From contig OX597814.1 in assembly GCA_951406725.2 (NCBI GenBank), positions 191,518,001 through 191,582,000 on the forward strand: DNA of 64,000 nt. The letters run 5' to 3'. The notes beneath the pieces are model-generated. The model was not told the origin of the DNA and did no database searches. It saw nothing but the letters and a program-made list of their open reading frames with translations. Source of the DNA: Octopus vulgaris (Eukaryota). The translations under genes were made by a program, and so were the position numbers. Below are positions 25,233 through 40,533 of the stretch, piece by piece. The number at the start of each line of letters is the position of its first letter. The first letter of the stretch is position 1.

Positions 25233-25352
25233 TCAGACTTGAGCAATTCGTTGTAAAGAACGTGTAGCATCTCGTAGTTTATTCACTAATGACTGTAATT
25301 GTTCAACCGTACAAGAGAAACTTAATTCTTTTAGTTTCTTTTCACCAGGAAC
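25233..25352 (-). CDS. COMMD3: COMMD3 last coding exon
   Basis: cttgaaag|GTTCCT...GTCTGA; VPGEKKLKELSFSCTVEQLQSLVNKLRDATRSLQRIAQV*. Confidence 0.93.
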   Translation of the reverse strand, partial: VPGEKKLKELSFSCTVEQLQSLVNKLRDATRSLQRIAQV

Positions 25353-28300
25353 CTTTCAAGAAAAGAAAAAAATAAAGAGGTATATTTAATACAGAAATGT
25401 TGATAAATGGCAGAATTGGTAAAGCAGTGGAGTAAATAACTTATTTAGTTACATCCCTTAATGTTCTGAGTTGCAGTCTAACTTGTGCTGACTTTACTTT
25501 TTATAATTTTGAAATCAGTATAATAAACACTCCTTTCTACTATAGGCACAAAGCCTGTAATTTGGGGGAGGGAGATAGTTGATAACATTGACCCCCAGTA
25601 CTCAACTGGTACTTGGTTTATCAACCCTGAAAAGATGAAAGGCAAAGTTAATCTCAGCAGAATTTGAACTCAGAATGTAGTGACAGATGAAATACCTATT
25701 TCTTTACTACCCACAAGGGGCTAAACGCAGAGAGGACAGACAAACGGATTAAGTCAATTATATCGACCCTAGTGCGTAACTGGTAATTATTTAATCGACC
25801 CCGAAAGGATGAAAGGCAAAGTCGACCTCGGCGGAATTTGAACTCAGAATGCAGTGACAGGTGAAATACCGATAAGCATTTCACCTGGTGTGCTAACGAT
25901 TCTGCCAGTCCATTTAGTTATCTATACTTAAACCACCAAATCTCTGGTCTTGCATCTAAGAAATCACTTCACAGAGAAAACTAAAATCAAGCAAGTCACT
26001 CAGCCCTACTTAAAGTACACTCCGAGTGTGCTGACCATGACCATATATGGTCATGAATTCTCATTTGGCTACAGCCTTTATGTTCCAAGGCAAAACATTA
26101 CTATCATTACGCCATTTTGGCTGGTGAACTAAATGCTCTGCTCTTGGAATTTTTGCATGAAGTAAAAACAGTCATCTAGTAATAAAGCTTCATTAATATG
26201 CAAATCACAATTTATGAAACAAAATTAAAAAAAAAACCTAGACAAAAATAATATAAAATGTAAAAGAATCAAATTCTTTAACTGTACATTTCCAAAGGAT
26301 GAAATACTTCTCAACCGTTTCAGATTGTTATGTGGTTAATCCAATGAAGGTGGTTTCATCAGATTGTCTATGTTGTGCTTATTTCCTTATTTACAATTTC
26401 CATTTGTTTCCCATAACTGGGGTTTCTGACAGATACTGTTACCCCTGGTTAGAGTAGATTGGAGCGGTGGTGACTTAGAGGTGACTGCGTATTCTCCAAA
26501 ACTCCCAAGTTGGAGCCTCATCATCACAGAGATGTAATTAACCCATTAGTATTTAAACTGGCCAGTTCTAGCCTCTTACACCTATCCTACAATGTTATTC
26601 TAAAAATAAACAATCACATCATTGAAATCGCAAAGTGATGATACAATACATCATTTCAAAACAATATGAATAAATAAGCTTTAGATTTGGCAGAGTAATT
26701 TGAATATTAAAGGGTTAAATATCTCACTCAGCTGAAAATGGTGGTAAGGCCTTGGAAGGGAGCTGGCCTATAGCTGTACTACACAAGCCCACTGGTGTGT
26801 GCACATGTCCTGATAAGTGAACCAATCTCCTTGCCTAAAGGTTAAAATAGGTCCTATGCCTCAAAGATGAGCTAGGAAAGAAGGAAACTTGCAGGGTATG
26901 TAAATAAACCAGTAAAGGAGCAGCTAAAGAGCTGAAGGGCCTCACTTGCCCTAGGTCCATTGAGATGTTTGTCAGTGGTCATTTTCAGAAGGCAATTCCA
27001 TGACATTCATAGCTGGGTCTTTGACAGGTGCTACTCCTACAAGTCAAAGTAGACCTGGGAATAATGGTAGCTAAGAGGTAACAACACACTCAAAAACCTG
27101 GAACTTTCTAAATCAGGGTCCCACAATTGGATGCAGTTTAATCATACTCAAGACTAAGCAGATTAGAATCATCATCATCATCATCATCGTTTAACGTCTG
27201 CTTTCCATGCTGGCATGGGTTGGACAATTTGACTGAGGACTGGTGAACCAAATGGCTGCACCAGGCTCCAATCTGATCTGGCAGAGTTTCTACAGCTGGA
27301 TGCCCTTCCTAATGCCAACCACTCTGAGAGTGTAGTGGGTGCTTTTACGTGCCACCGGCATGAGGGCCAGTCAGGCGGTACTGGCAATGACCTCGCTCGA
27401 ACGTTTTTCATGTGCCAATGGCATAAGTGCCAGTAAGGTGACGCTGGTAACGATCATGCTCGAATTGTGCTTTTTACACACCACTGGCACGGAAGCCAGT
27501 CAGCTGCTCTGGCAACAATCACGCTTGGATAGTGCTCTTAGCACTCCACTAGCACGGATGCCAGTCATGGAATTTGATTTTGATATTTTGCTAAAACTTC
27601 ACAAAAAATGTTTTCAAAAAAAAAATAAAGACATTCAAATAGTTTAAATAATAAATGTTTTCTTCTAATTTCTTAATTATAACATTGACATGTTCAAAAT
27701 ATTGGTTTCAAATTTTGGCACAAGACCAGCAATTTTGAAGGAAGGGCAAGTCAATTACACTAACCCCCAGCTCTCAACTGGTACTTGTTTCATAGACCCC
27801 AAAGGGATGAAAGGCAAATTCAACCTTGGCGTTGAATATGATCTCAGAACAAAGATGAGATGAAATGTTGCTAAGCATTTCATATGGTGTGCTAATGATT
27901 CTGACAGCTCGCTGCCTTATTTATGAAATATTAACATGTCTTATATAAGCAAAGGAAAACAATTCCAAGAATTTTACCTCTGAGAGCAAAGTCAAAAGAT
28001 AAACTGGTTGATGAATTCTTTCAAGTTGATTACTCTGTAATGAGAAAAGGAAGAAAAAAAATTAATTCGCTGTACACCTATATGGCCAAAACTCATTTGA
28101 CTGTATCAAGTAAATAAACAATTGACTCTTTAGTAAGAAAGGCTAAACCCTCCTTAACACATACTTTCTGTGTAACATCTTACACATGTATGCTTTTCCC
28201 TTTTCACTCTCAAAGCGGGACAACTACCACCAGTGATTCATTATGAATTTTACACAACTGCCATATGTACTGCAGGTGGTAAACTTTCATAGTTTGAGAA

Positions 28301-31300
28301 AATATTGTATTCTGTATTTTTGACATGGTTTCAAGGATATTTTAACCCTTTCGTTACAGTATTTATTTTGAGATGCTCTGTGTTTACTCTTTTACTTGTT
28401 TCAGTCATTTGACTGTGGCCATGCTGGAGCACCACCTTTAGTTGAGCAAATCGACCCCAGGACATTCTTTGGAAGCCTAGTACTTATTCTATCGGTCACT
28501 TTTGTCAAACTGCTAAGTTATGGGAATGTAAACACACCAGCATTGGTTGTCAAGTGATGTTGGGGGGACAAACACAGACACACAAACATATATATATATA
28601 TATATACATATATACGACGGACTTCTTTCAATTTCCATCTACTAAATCCACTCACAAGGCTTAGGTCAGCCCAAGGCTATAGTAGAAGATACTTGCCCAA
28701 GGTGCCACACAGTGGGACTGAACCCGGAACCATGTGGTTTGTAAGCAAGCTACTTACCACACAGCCACTCTTACGCCTATGCTCTGTGTTTCTTAAAATT
28801 ATTTAAAATATAACAAAGAATTCAGTAAAATAACTTAGTTATCATTAAGCTGGTGCTCGGAACATAAATTGTGATTAAGGTTTGGTGGAAAATTTCAATT
28901 CAAAACTTATGAAAACAAGACACTTGTACTACAGAGCCGGTTTCAGCCAGGTTGGTATCAAAAAGGTTAAATAGTACAAGTGCTGAATATTAAAGTTTAA
29001 TTATGAAATATTGTAAAAATACAAAAAAAATAACATTTCCTTGTAATCAAACAGTGTGCAGTTTGACCATGTGGAACATGTGGCTTCCCCGGTAAGTTCC
29101 AGTAACAGGCCAGGGCGGTTAATGTGTTAAATATATTTCTACTTGACATTCTGATTCATCTTGACTTTGTTCCAGGATTCTAGTATTTTAACTTTCTTCA
29201 TCATTCTATATTCATTACAAATCTCTCTGGCAACATTTAACATCCTACTGAATTACCAATTCCATGCTAATTTCACTCACTCCTTAACACTCATCTCCTA
29301 TAACTATTCTCTCAACTTGCCACTAGCCGCTTTGCAGTGTTCTCTTACCAGTCACAGAAATCACATGCTACTGATAGAGAAAGTTACCACTTAAGAATAC
29401 CTAAGCTGTCTGCACGAATTCTCTAGTTTTATCTATTCATATTAACAGTTCCTAGAAACATGTGAAAACATGTTATCTTAAAGCATTCATATTCAATGAA
29501 AATGAAGAGAGAAGTTTAACTTAAAGGATTTGAACCTTAAACCTTTTGTTACCATATTTCTGCTGAAATATTCCTGATTTTACAGTTCTATATTTAAGAG
29601 ACGAAGAATTATGTACTTTACATTATTTACATTCGATGGATACTTGTCCTCTACGCCATATTCCCACGGGCATATGGTGTAGTGGTTAAGAGCGCGGGCT
29701 ACTAACCCCAAGATTCCGAGTTCGATTCCAAGCAGTGACTTGGAAAGGTATAGAAAACTAGTTCTACTCCTACTTGAATATAAAATAAAACAGTAGGAAA
29801 GGAATCCACTGGTAAAAAATAATTACTGAAGAAAAAAAAAATACATGAAATATCAAAAACACCTGTGGAAAAATGACAGTTAAAAAAGAGCTGATAGTAG
29901 TATGAATTACAAACCTTAATATAGTAATCTAGTCGCCATTTGACATCAACAATGTGGGGAAGACTTTCAGTGGTGCTGGAATAAAAACAACAGCTCAGTA
30001 TAAATGTTATGGAGACAGGATGACCAAGAACATGGGTCAGCAACAGGTGGGCCCCTGAGGTGTTTACTGTGGGCTTCAGATCTTCTCTAAGAATTTTCCA
30101 AATTTAACTTGGTCAATGAGCAGTTAATGGCTTTAAGATATTCTTTTGATTTGCTTAAATTTTTGTTTATGTAAGCATTACTGGTGATGGAAATGGAGGT
30201 AGGGATTGATAGTCGGGGAGATTTTCATGAGTAGGATCATCATTACTTGTTAGTAACCATTGCAGGAGACTCAGACAAATAAATACCAGTGCTTACATAC
30301 ATACACACACACACGACAAACTTTCAGTTTCTAGCCAAGTCTACTGATAAGGCTTTGATTGGCCTGAGGCTGTTGAAGAATTTTGTCCAAGATGTTTTGC
30401 AGTGGGACTGAATCCCAAACCACACAGCCAGGAAGTGAACTTCTTAACCAAGTAGCCATGCTGCATCTAAGACATAATATATGTGGGCTATGGGTAAATG
30501 TAAAAAGTTAAAAAGGGGGCCATTTCAAAGAAAAGTTGTTGATCCCTGCACTAGAATATTATTGAGCGAAAAAGTTTGAAAGAATAAAACTGCAATATTT
30601 TACTTACTTGGCTAACAAGGCCTGAAGGAATGGCTTATTTTCCTGAAAATAATAAAATAATAATAATGAACTCATATACAATTCATCAGAAAAAGAAGCC
30701 AAAAGTACATGAACATTAATAGAATATGCATAGGAAATGAACAATGAAGGAATTGTTTTAAAAAAAAAAAATGATGAGGCATCAAGAGTACTGTTGGAGA
30801 ATTTCAGAAAGCATGGAAATTTTGAAGGTTGTAATGAACATCAGGGACACAGCTTATGGGAGGCTCAACTTCTTACATAGGGCCTGAGATGATTTTCTTT
30901 AGGCATTTTTTGTTTTTGTTTTGTAAAAAAGCGTGTCTTATATGTCATCAAATATGAATTCATTTTTTAAAGAACAGTTTCGATTTGCCCAGTGTGACAT
31001 ATATATGTATAATATGTGTGAGTATGTGTGTTTGTGTTTGTCCCCCCAACATTGCTTGACAACCGATGCTGGTGTGTTTACGTTCCCGTAACTTAGCGGT
31101 TCGGCAAAAGAGAGCGATAGAATAAGTACTAGGCTTACAAAGAATAAGTCCTGGGGTCGATTTGCTTGACTAAAGGTGGTGCTCCAGCATGGCCGCAGTC
31201 AAATGACTGAAACAAGTAAAAGAGTATGCATTTATAGCCAGAAACAACGAGGTGTCTTTCTCTATTGCTTAACATAGTTCAATATGTTCCTGGCCATTGA

Positions 31301-31958
31301 AACATGTTCTCTCAGTGAGTGCTTATAGAAGTGAATGAGTAAAAAAACAAAATAGGAATTTTGAAAAACATCTACAAAGCTAGTTTTTAGACATGGAATG
31401 GCTATGGAGGTCCACCAGAAAAAAATAGTAATTAAAGGGGTCCAGAGGTTAAAAAATGGTTGAGAACCACTGCTGTAATCCATTGACAGACAGATCCCAC
31501 TCCTCAGCTTTTGCGCCATTTTAATATAAATTTCAGAGTTACCTCCCCTGTTTTTCTTTCCCCATATTGATCACTAAACCTCGTGATTCTTTCATCACAT
31601 AATTCTGGTCGATGAAAATTGTCTTACTACAGTGAAAAGAGTGGAGGCACATGGCATAATGGGTAGAGTAGCGGACTCGCGGGTTCGAATCTCAGACCGG
31701 GTGATGTGTGTGTTTATGAGCGAAACACCTAAGCTCCACGCAGCTCCGGCAGAAGGTAATGGCGAATTTCTGCTGACTTTTTTGCCACAACTTTCTCTCA
31801 CTCTTTCCTCCTGCATCTTGCAGGTCACCTACGACAGACCGGCGTCCCGTCCAGGTGAGGAACCTTTACGTCAAGGAAACCATGACACCGGCCCTGATGA
31901 GCCAGGCATGGCTCGAGAAGGGACAAACAGCAAAAAGATTACTTTACTCTGTGTGTGT

Positions 31959-31997
<39 letters not shown>

Positions 31998-34900
31998 TAA
32001 ACTGCACACAGTATTGGAGTCCTGGTTTGGGAACTCGAAGGTTTCAAGGTGTGTGGGATCACCTCTTAGCAACTATTTTCCCCAAGTCTTGTCTGACCCA
32101 GAGTAGTAGCACCTGTTAGAGTCCCAGACATGGGGTTAAATAAATGTACCACTGGGAGAGAAGAACCCTTAGTTCTCATCAAAACTTCTTTCTAGAAAAA
32201 AGTAAATTCGTATGAAAAAAAAAACTGAAGTGCAGTTGGTTTCTGGTTATCTCAGCTTCTGTTGGGCGACTGATTTTAGAGCTGTTTGTGCTGTAAAGTG
32301 GGTTCAATACTGTGCAACTCTTAATCCACTCAAAACAAATCCACACACAGGAACTTTTTGTGGACCCTCAGAATGTTTGTACAGACTTAATCAGCGTTCA
32401 TTTCTCCCCTGTTAGCTTGGGGTGGACAGAGATTTGAGGCAGGATTTTACAGCCTGATGCACTTCCTGTCGCTCACCTTTACAGGGTTTTTGTTTTTGAG
32501 TAAAGGATTTTTATATTCCACAGGTCTTCAAAAGTGCAGTGATCAGTCAAAATGTCAACAGGGAATGTAAACATCACAACACCAGTGGTGACAAAGCAAA
32601 ACATGGGACATAAGCATTCATGAACAATAATGCATGTACACATATACAATAGGCTTCCAACAGTTTCCACCTACCACATTTTCACACAAGGCATTGTTTG
32701 GCTCATGATTGGTTATAGTAGATGACACTCACTCAATATGCCATGTAGTGGGACAGAACCTGAAAACACATCGTTGCAAAGCAAACTTCTTAACCTTTTC
32801 GTTACCAACTTGGCTGAAACCAGCTCTGGCTCTGAGTACAAATGTCTTGTTTTCATAAGTTTTGAATTGAAATCTTCCACCAAACCTTAGTCACAATTAA
32901 TGTTCCTAACACTAGCTGAATGATAACTAAGTTATTTTACTAAAGTCTTTGTTATATTTAAAATTAATTGAAAGAAACAGAGCATCACAAAATAAATACA
33001 GTAACGAAAGGGTTAATCATCCAACCATGACAGCAACCACTAATGTTTCTCACCATCATTTTACATCCATTTACCAAGCTAGCATGGGCTGGACATTTCA
33101 ACAGGATCCAGTGGGTCAGAGGACAAAGTCATGCTCCAGTGTTACAGTTTTGGAAAGGTTTCTACAGTTGGATACCCTTCATAACACACTTTACAGCATG
33201 TACTGGGCGCTTTTTTTCATGGTGCCAGCACTAACAAAGTCCCTCTATAATAACCATAACTGCTTCTACAATAGGCACAAGGCCTGAAATTTTTTAGGGA
33301 AGGAGCTATTTGATTACATCAACTCCAGCACTCAACTGGTATTTATTTCATTGACTGCGAAATGACGAAAAGTGGTCAACCACGGAAGAATCTGAACCAA
33401 AAATGTAGTGAGTCAGAAGAAATATCACAAAGCATTTTTTAAAATCTTTAACTATTCTGCCAGTTCACTGCCTAAATAATAATAATAATATATTTTTAAA
33501 AGATTGACATAACTCTTCACAAAAGGTAAGTAGACAAGACAAAGAGCACGATACAATTGCAATAGTTGTTTTATTGGTTGACAGCAAGCCTGTCTTTGTT
33601 GAGTTCAAAATGAAAAGTGATAAAAATTCAAATCTAAAATATGAATGAGAGCAACCAGTGTCCACATGTTGATGGAATGACATCAACAGTCTTCAAAGTT
33701 TGAACATTGAAGATGTCATTCCATCAACATGTGGATGCTTGTAGCTCTCTTCATATTTTGGATTCAAATTTCTATAATTTTGAATTTTTATCACTTTTCA
33801 TTTTGAACTCGACAAAGACAGGCTTGCAGTCAAAATTTTGTTCAACCAATAAAATAAATATCTATTGCAATTGCATTGTGCCCTTCATATTCTCTTATAA
33901 TAATAATGATGATGATAATAATAATAATGATAATAATAATAATAATAATAATGATGATGATGATAATAAAATCGACATTTTAGAAGTTGGAAAAGAACGA
34001 AATTAAATAAGAAATACACTCACATGAAATACTTCAAGAAATGTTTTTATTCTGTCTTTAGAAAAATTACATTCTTCCAATAAGGACCTGGAAAAGACAC
34101 ACAAACAATGAAAAAATATTGTAATTAGAAATGAAAGCCATATCTGTATTTCTGAAACTAGTTATTGTAGGAGTAGTTAGGGTTTTCAACATTATTAACC
34201 TTATCTCATTACTTCTTTACAATGTGTTTCAATATAAGCAAATGTTGTTGTTGAGTTTAGTCCCAGATCACCCCAGACCAGGTAGATCTTAAAAAAAAAG
34301 GAGGGGGGGCATTTAGGATGTTATCATCATTTTATAAGCTCAAGGGCAGATAAGACCCCATAGAGGCCCTAAGCACTTAAAAGATTTTGATGCCTCCATA
34401 TATATATATGTAAGGCAAAATATAAACCATAAATCATAATATAAGTTTATACTTTTCAAAATGTAACAAAACTAATGGTAAAATGGAAAATAATGTTTTA
34501 TTTTGACACCATGAACACTTTGAAATTATATTTCCGATAATAAAATTACTTCAAATATTATTTTAGCAAGTGATTTCTTTTGTGCAGTAAACTATTTACT
34601 ATTTCTGAAGTGCCCCCACTTCCCTTGACATTCTTATAGTTACAAGTTGTGACAGCTGGTGAGAGAGAGAGAGGGGGCTGTGTCAGCATCCAGTTGGTAC
34701 TCTTTTTAAACTGAGCTGACTAGAGCAATATGGAATGAAGTACCTTGCTCAAAGGTGCAATGTACCACCTGGTCGAGGAATTGAACCCATGACCTTCTGA
34801 TTATGAGCCCAACATCCTAACAAAGAAGTCACACACCATAGATGGACTAATATGTAAGTGAACAAAAGCAGTGCTTGTGGTTCTATGCATAGTTCATAAG

Positions 34901-37540
34901 TAGTTAGGGGCTGGGCTGGGCTATCCTCTCTCTCTCCCTCTCTGACAGAAGATGGCATGAATAAACACTTAATAAGCCGGTGTCTTTTATCATCTCCCTG
35001 GATTGATGTCAAGTCTCTCAAGTCAAGTTGGATAGGTGAAAACTGTTTATCTTCCACACCTGGTCCTTGGCTGCCTTTGAAGGAGTCCATCCTGTTCCAG
35101 CAGACAGACTAAATCACTGATCTGAGGAGAGCCAACTGCAATAACACACCAGTTGTGGATTCTTCTCCTCTCCCCTGAATTCAAAGGTCCTGCAACTATC
35201 ACAGGCACTGTCCTTCAGCCATTAAAAAAAAAAAAAATGAACAGCAAAAAAAGTCAAAATAATTATAAATGTATATTACGTTAATGAATTTACATCAGCA
35301 TCAGTCTTGGTTGCTTCAGCAATTAATAAAGACATACAGCCATAGACCTCTTTGCATACATCTTCATCAAGTTTTTTCAGTCTACCACCTGTAAAAAGAC
35401 AATATATATATATATATATATACATAGAGAGAGAGAGAGGAGAGGAGAGAGTAGATAGATAGTGGATAGCTAGGTGCAGGCGTGGCTGTGTGGTAAGAAG
35501 CTTGCTTCACAACCACATGGTTCTGGGTTCAATCCCACAGCATGGCAGCATGGGCCAGTGTCTTCTACTATAGCCTCAGGCTGACCAAAGCTTTCTGAGT
35601 GGATTTGGTAGACGGAAACTGAAAGAAGCTCATCGTATATATGTGTGTGTGTGTGTCCCCAAGATCACTTGACAACCGATGTCGGTGTGTTCATGTCCCT
35701 GAAACTTAGCAGATTGACAAAGGGGACAGATAGAATAAGTACTAGGCTTACAAAGAATAAGTCCTGGGGTCGAAAAGGTGACTAAAAGTCAAATGACAGA
35801 AACAAGTAAATTAATAAAAGAATCTCACTATGTCTGTTTTCCATGCACACATACATCTACATACATGCACACAAACACATACACATATATGTGATGCCAC
35901 AAATAAAATTCAAAGTCCAAGGAAATTATCGTTGGTCTGTATCAGCAGAATTCATTTGGTAAGGTTTGCAAATTTGAATGAGATTTTGTGGCATTTGGTA
36001 GATACTTTTATTCTTGTTTAAGTTGTTTGACTGCAGCCATGCTTGAGCACCACCTTTAGTCGAGTAAACTGATCCCAGGACTTATTCTTTGTAAGCCTAG
36101 TACTTACTCTATCGGTCTCTTTTTGCCAAACCACTAACAGGGACATAAACACACCAACATCGGTTGTCAAGGAATGGTGGCTGGGGAGGAACAAAAACAA
36201 CAAACACATACATACACACACATGAGACACTTTCCCAAGGTGACACGCAATAGGACTGAACCTGGAACCATGTGGTTGGGAAGCAAGCTTCTTACCACAC
36301 AGCCACTCCTGCACCTATGGGAGTACCTGATATTTTGAGAAAAACTTGTCTTGGTTATGAAAATATAGGTTTAAAAACTTCTTACCACAGAGGTGTGGCT
36401 GTGTGGTAAGAAGCTTGCTTCTCAACCACATGGTTCCAGGTTCAGTCCCATTGTATGGCACCTTGAGCTAGTGTCTTCTACTATAGGCTCTCAGCTTGAC
36501 CAAAGCCTTGTGCATGGATTTGGTAGATGGAAACTGAAAGAAGCCCATTGTATATATTTATATGTGTGTGGATGGAACTTACACTCGCCTCCTTATGAGA
36601 GCTCAAAATCTCTCGTGGAAGCGTCATCCAACCAATGTACAAATATATGGGAAATTGCCAGCCTCGCCTGGCCCCCATGCCGGTGGCACGTAAAAGCACC
36701 ATCCGTTCGTGGCCGTTGCCAGCCTCGCCTGGCCCCCGTGCCGGTGGCACATAAAAAGCACCATCCGTCTGTGGCCGTTTGCCAGCTCCGTCTGGCACCT
36801 GTGCGGGTGGCACGTAAAAAGCACCCACTACACTCACGGAGTGGTTGGCGTTAGGAAGGGCATCCAGCCGTAGAAACACTGCCAGATCAGACTGGGCCTG
36901 ATGCAGCCTTCTGGCTTCACAGACCCCAGTTGAACCGTCCAACCCATGCTAGCATGGAGAGCGGACGCTAAATGATGATGATGATGATCATCATCTCTTG
37001 TGAAAGGTAGAAGAGTCCAGTTTGCTGGACATTGTTGTAGAGCTGAAAACGCGGTAATTTCTACTCTTCTCCTCTGGAAGCCATCTGCTCTCGATACCAG
37101 AGGGCACACACTCTCTTACCCTGATGTAATCTCCAGGGATACAAGCATCCAGCAACAGGACCTCTGTAATGCTATGATGGACCATGAAGTGTGGTGTAAC
37201 ATAGTAAATTCCATTGTCTCGACCACGGTCGAACAATGATGATGATGATGTATTCCCCCATCACCACCACTTGATAACTGGTGTTGTGTTTACATCCCCA
37301 TAACTTAGCAGTTCAGCAAAAGAGACTGATAGAAATGTATCAGGCATTAAAAAAAAAAAAAGAGTACTGAGGTCAATTCATTTGACTATAAAATTTTTTA
37401 TGGTGGTGCCCCAGAATAGCTACAGTCTAATGACAGAAACAAGTAAAAGAAGGCCCTCATGCTTTCCGAAATCCGCCGAAACTACACCTGATTATATATA
37501 CACTTTAGATGAGTTGTAGTGCACCTGAGCACTGTACACA

Positions 37541-37571
<31 letters not shown>

Positions 37572-40453
37572 CTTTTACTGAGGCTTTGAGAGAAGATATT
37601 TTGCCAAGGATCTGCTTGGTGGCATCAAACCCAGAACCAGATGGTAGTGAAGTGAAATTAAGCATACAGCTATGCGTGTGCTGTGCGTTAATCAGGGTAG
37701 GAGGTCTGTAATTAGAGTAACAAAAAGTAGGGAGTGAGAGTGAGGATAGCAACAAGTTACATGGAGATTAAAATGCAAGTGCAGGCAGGATTGTACTGAA
37801 AGGTTGCTACGAATTAAGGACAGAATGATAAGCATATAAACATATGAACTTACTTATAAATATAAACATGCACACAGAAATATATTAATCCTTTTGACAC
37901 TAAGCTACTTGAGACTGCCTCTGGTTCTATGATAAAAGCCAGCTTGATTTAAAGTGTTTATATTTAAATTAAAACCTTTGTTAATAATTTTATCTAAGAA
38001 CCTTTTGGTAAGTCGTGATTAAAACACCAGTGTTAAAATTAAAAAAAGCATGTTTTTTTAAATCCGTCCTAGTTTATGCTTTATTTAAAAGCAGCTGAAA
38101 TTTATTGACATATGTTGTGGGAAACGCGGTCACAAATGGGTTAAGACATGCAGGAAGTAAAGAAAGGGGAGGAAGTGTAATATATGAAGGGTGAAAATGT
38201 TTGTGTGTGTATATGCACAACTTGGCACATTTGCATATACACACACACACACACACTTGAAGTCTGCCTTGAACTCTATTATGAAGTTTATCATGGTTTC
38301 TGGGGCATTAAGTGAGTGAGAGCATAAGCCTCAAACTTTGGATAGGATACCAGTTCTTTGCAAGGTTAATGATCAGTACTTTTGGTACTGAAGTAACAGG
38401 AAATACAGTCTGTGGCTCAAGGAGAGAACGTGTTATCTGGGTTAGGCATTGAAACCAAGTCCTTACAGTTGTGAGCCCAAAACTTAAACCCTAAGGTCAC
38501 ACATGTGTGTAAGTATTAATGAGTGTGGACAATTTAACAGATTCCAACTCATTGTAGGACCACATATTACTCCTATTTCTTTACTACCCACAAGGGGCTA
38601 AACACAGAGAAGACAAATGGATTAAGTCGATTACATCTACCCCAGTACTTCACTGGTACTTAATTTATCGACCCCGAAAGGATAAAAGACAAAGTCGACC
38701 TCGGTGGAATTTGAACTCAGAACGTAGTGGCACACGAAATACCGCTAAGCATTTTACCTGGCGTACTAACATTTCTGCCAGCTCAATGTCCCAATGTTGA
38801 TATGATTTCTACAGCTGGATGCTTTTCCTAACATCAACTTCATTACAGTGTAGACTGGGATGGGAGCATCAGCACATAGCACAACTACTATAGAAGTTGT
38901 CTTGCTCTTGGTGGGGCTGAAGAGTCCCCTTAACTATACATTGTCTCTGCTTGATTTGCCAACCACTTTACGGAGTGGACTGGGTGTATTTCTTGCAATA
39001 TCACCAGTAGCAAGGTAGTTTTGTAATTCATCTGACTAAAGAATCCTAATGGTTGGAAGGGAGGAGAGAGAGAGAGAGCTTTACGTGAGAAGTCAAGAGA
39101 AGTGAAACTGGCCTTCTGAGCATGTAGCTCGAGAAAGACCTTTGATGCTAAACAATGATAATAGTGATGTGTATGTATAGTATATGTATATATTGTTACA
39201 TACATATAAATACATATATGTATTGGGTCATCCCATAAATAATGCAGTTTTTTTCAGTTGCATGAACTAAAAGTTGCAAGGGGGACAGGATCAACTACCT
39301 GCATCAACTTGCTATAAAAGTAGGTAGTAATTTTACTATATTTTAGATTTTAACAGTTATTTTTTCAAAGCTATAATGGAAGTCACAACTGAGCATATTC
39401 AGCATATTTTGGTGTATTCGTTCAATAAAGGCAACAATGCAACTGAAAGGGTGAGGGGTATTAATGCAGTATATGAGGATTGGACAAAAAGTGTAAGCCA
39501 GTGTCAATGTTGGTTCCAGAAATTCCAAGCCAAAAACTACAACCTAGAAGATAAGCCTTATCTGGAGGATCTGTAGAGATTGATGAAGATGTTCTGCGAA
39601 CCCTGGTCGAACAAAACCCCATTGTAACTATTGAGGAACTAGCAGAAAAGCTTGGATTTGGTCATTCAACCATTCATTAACACCTGTGTGCCATCAGAAA
39701 AGTCAGCAAATTGGGTCAATGAGTTCCTCACAAACTTTCTGAGTCTAATCGTGCACAGAGGGTGAATATGTGTTCTTTGCTGGCACATTTCACGAATGAA
39801 CCTTTTTTGGACCAAATAGTGACTGGTGATGAGAAATGGGTTCCCTATAAAAATGTCAAGCGCCGAAGACGGTGGATAGGGAGAGGAGAAACACTGGCAA
39901 CCCAGGCTAAAGAAGGTTTTCACTCTTGTAAGGTGTCATTATCTGTTAGGTGGGACATGAAAGGGTTAGTCCACTTTGAACTTTTAAACTCAAACCAAAT
40001 AATAACAAAGGAAATCTACTGTGAGCAGCTTGAGTGGCTTATGTCAGCGCCAAAAGAAAAACGACCATCTTTGGTTTCAAGACAAAAGGTGTTCTTCAAT
40101 CAGGATAATTCTCAGCCACATACAGCGAGGATGACATTCCAAAGGCTGGAGAATTTCAATGTGAAACGATGCTCCACCCACCATATTCGTCAGACATTGA
40201 CCCATTTGATTATTATTTATCCTGTAGTCTTCAAAATCATTTGGATGGAAAAAATATGAATTCTGTAGACAAGATCAGAACAGTACTTGGAGGAGTATTT
40301 TTCATCACAGACAAGTAAATTTTAGAAGTCTACCAGATAGATGGAAGAGCATTGTAGAAAACGAAAGAGAGTATACTTCAGATTAAAAAAGAACTTGTTT
40401 ATCGTAATTTTGGAAAATAAAAGTATAAAACAACCGCATTATAGGATGACCCA

Positions 40454-40533
<80 letters not shown>

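Noticed and set aside
29668-29740. Possible tRNA gene (likewise the SINE heads at 10935, 31640 and 56440-56507)
   Set aside because: A and B boxes are present but the acceptor stem does not close; these are SINE-type heads
31890-31925. Hammerhead-like CTGATGA followed by a hairpin
   Set aside because: The stem is followed by TCGAGAA rather than GAAA; it is the terminal stem-loop of SINE D
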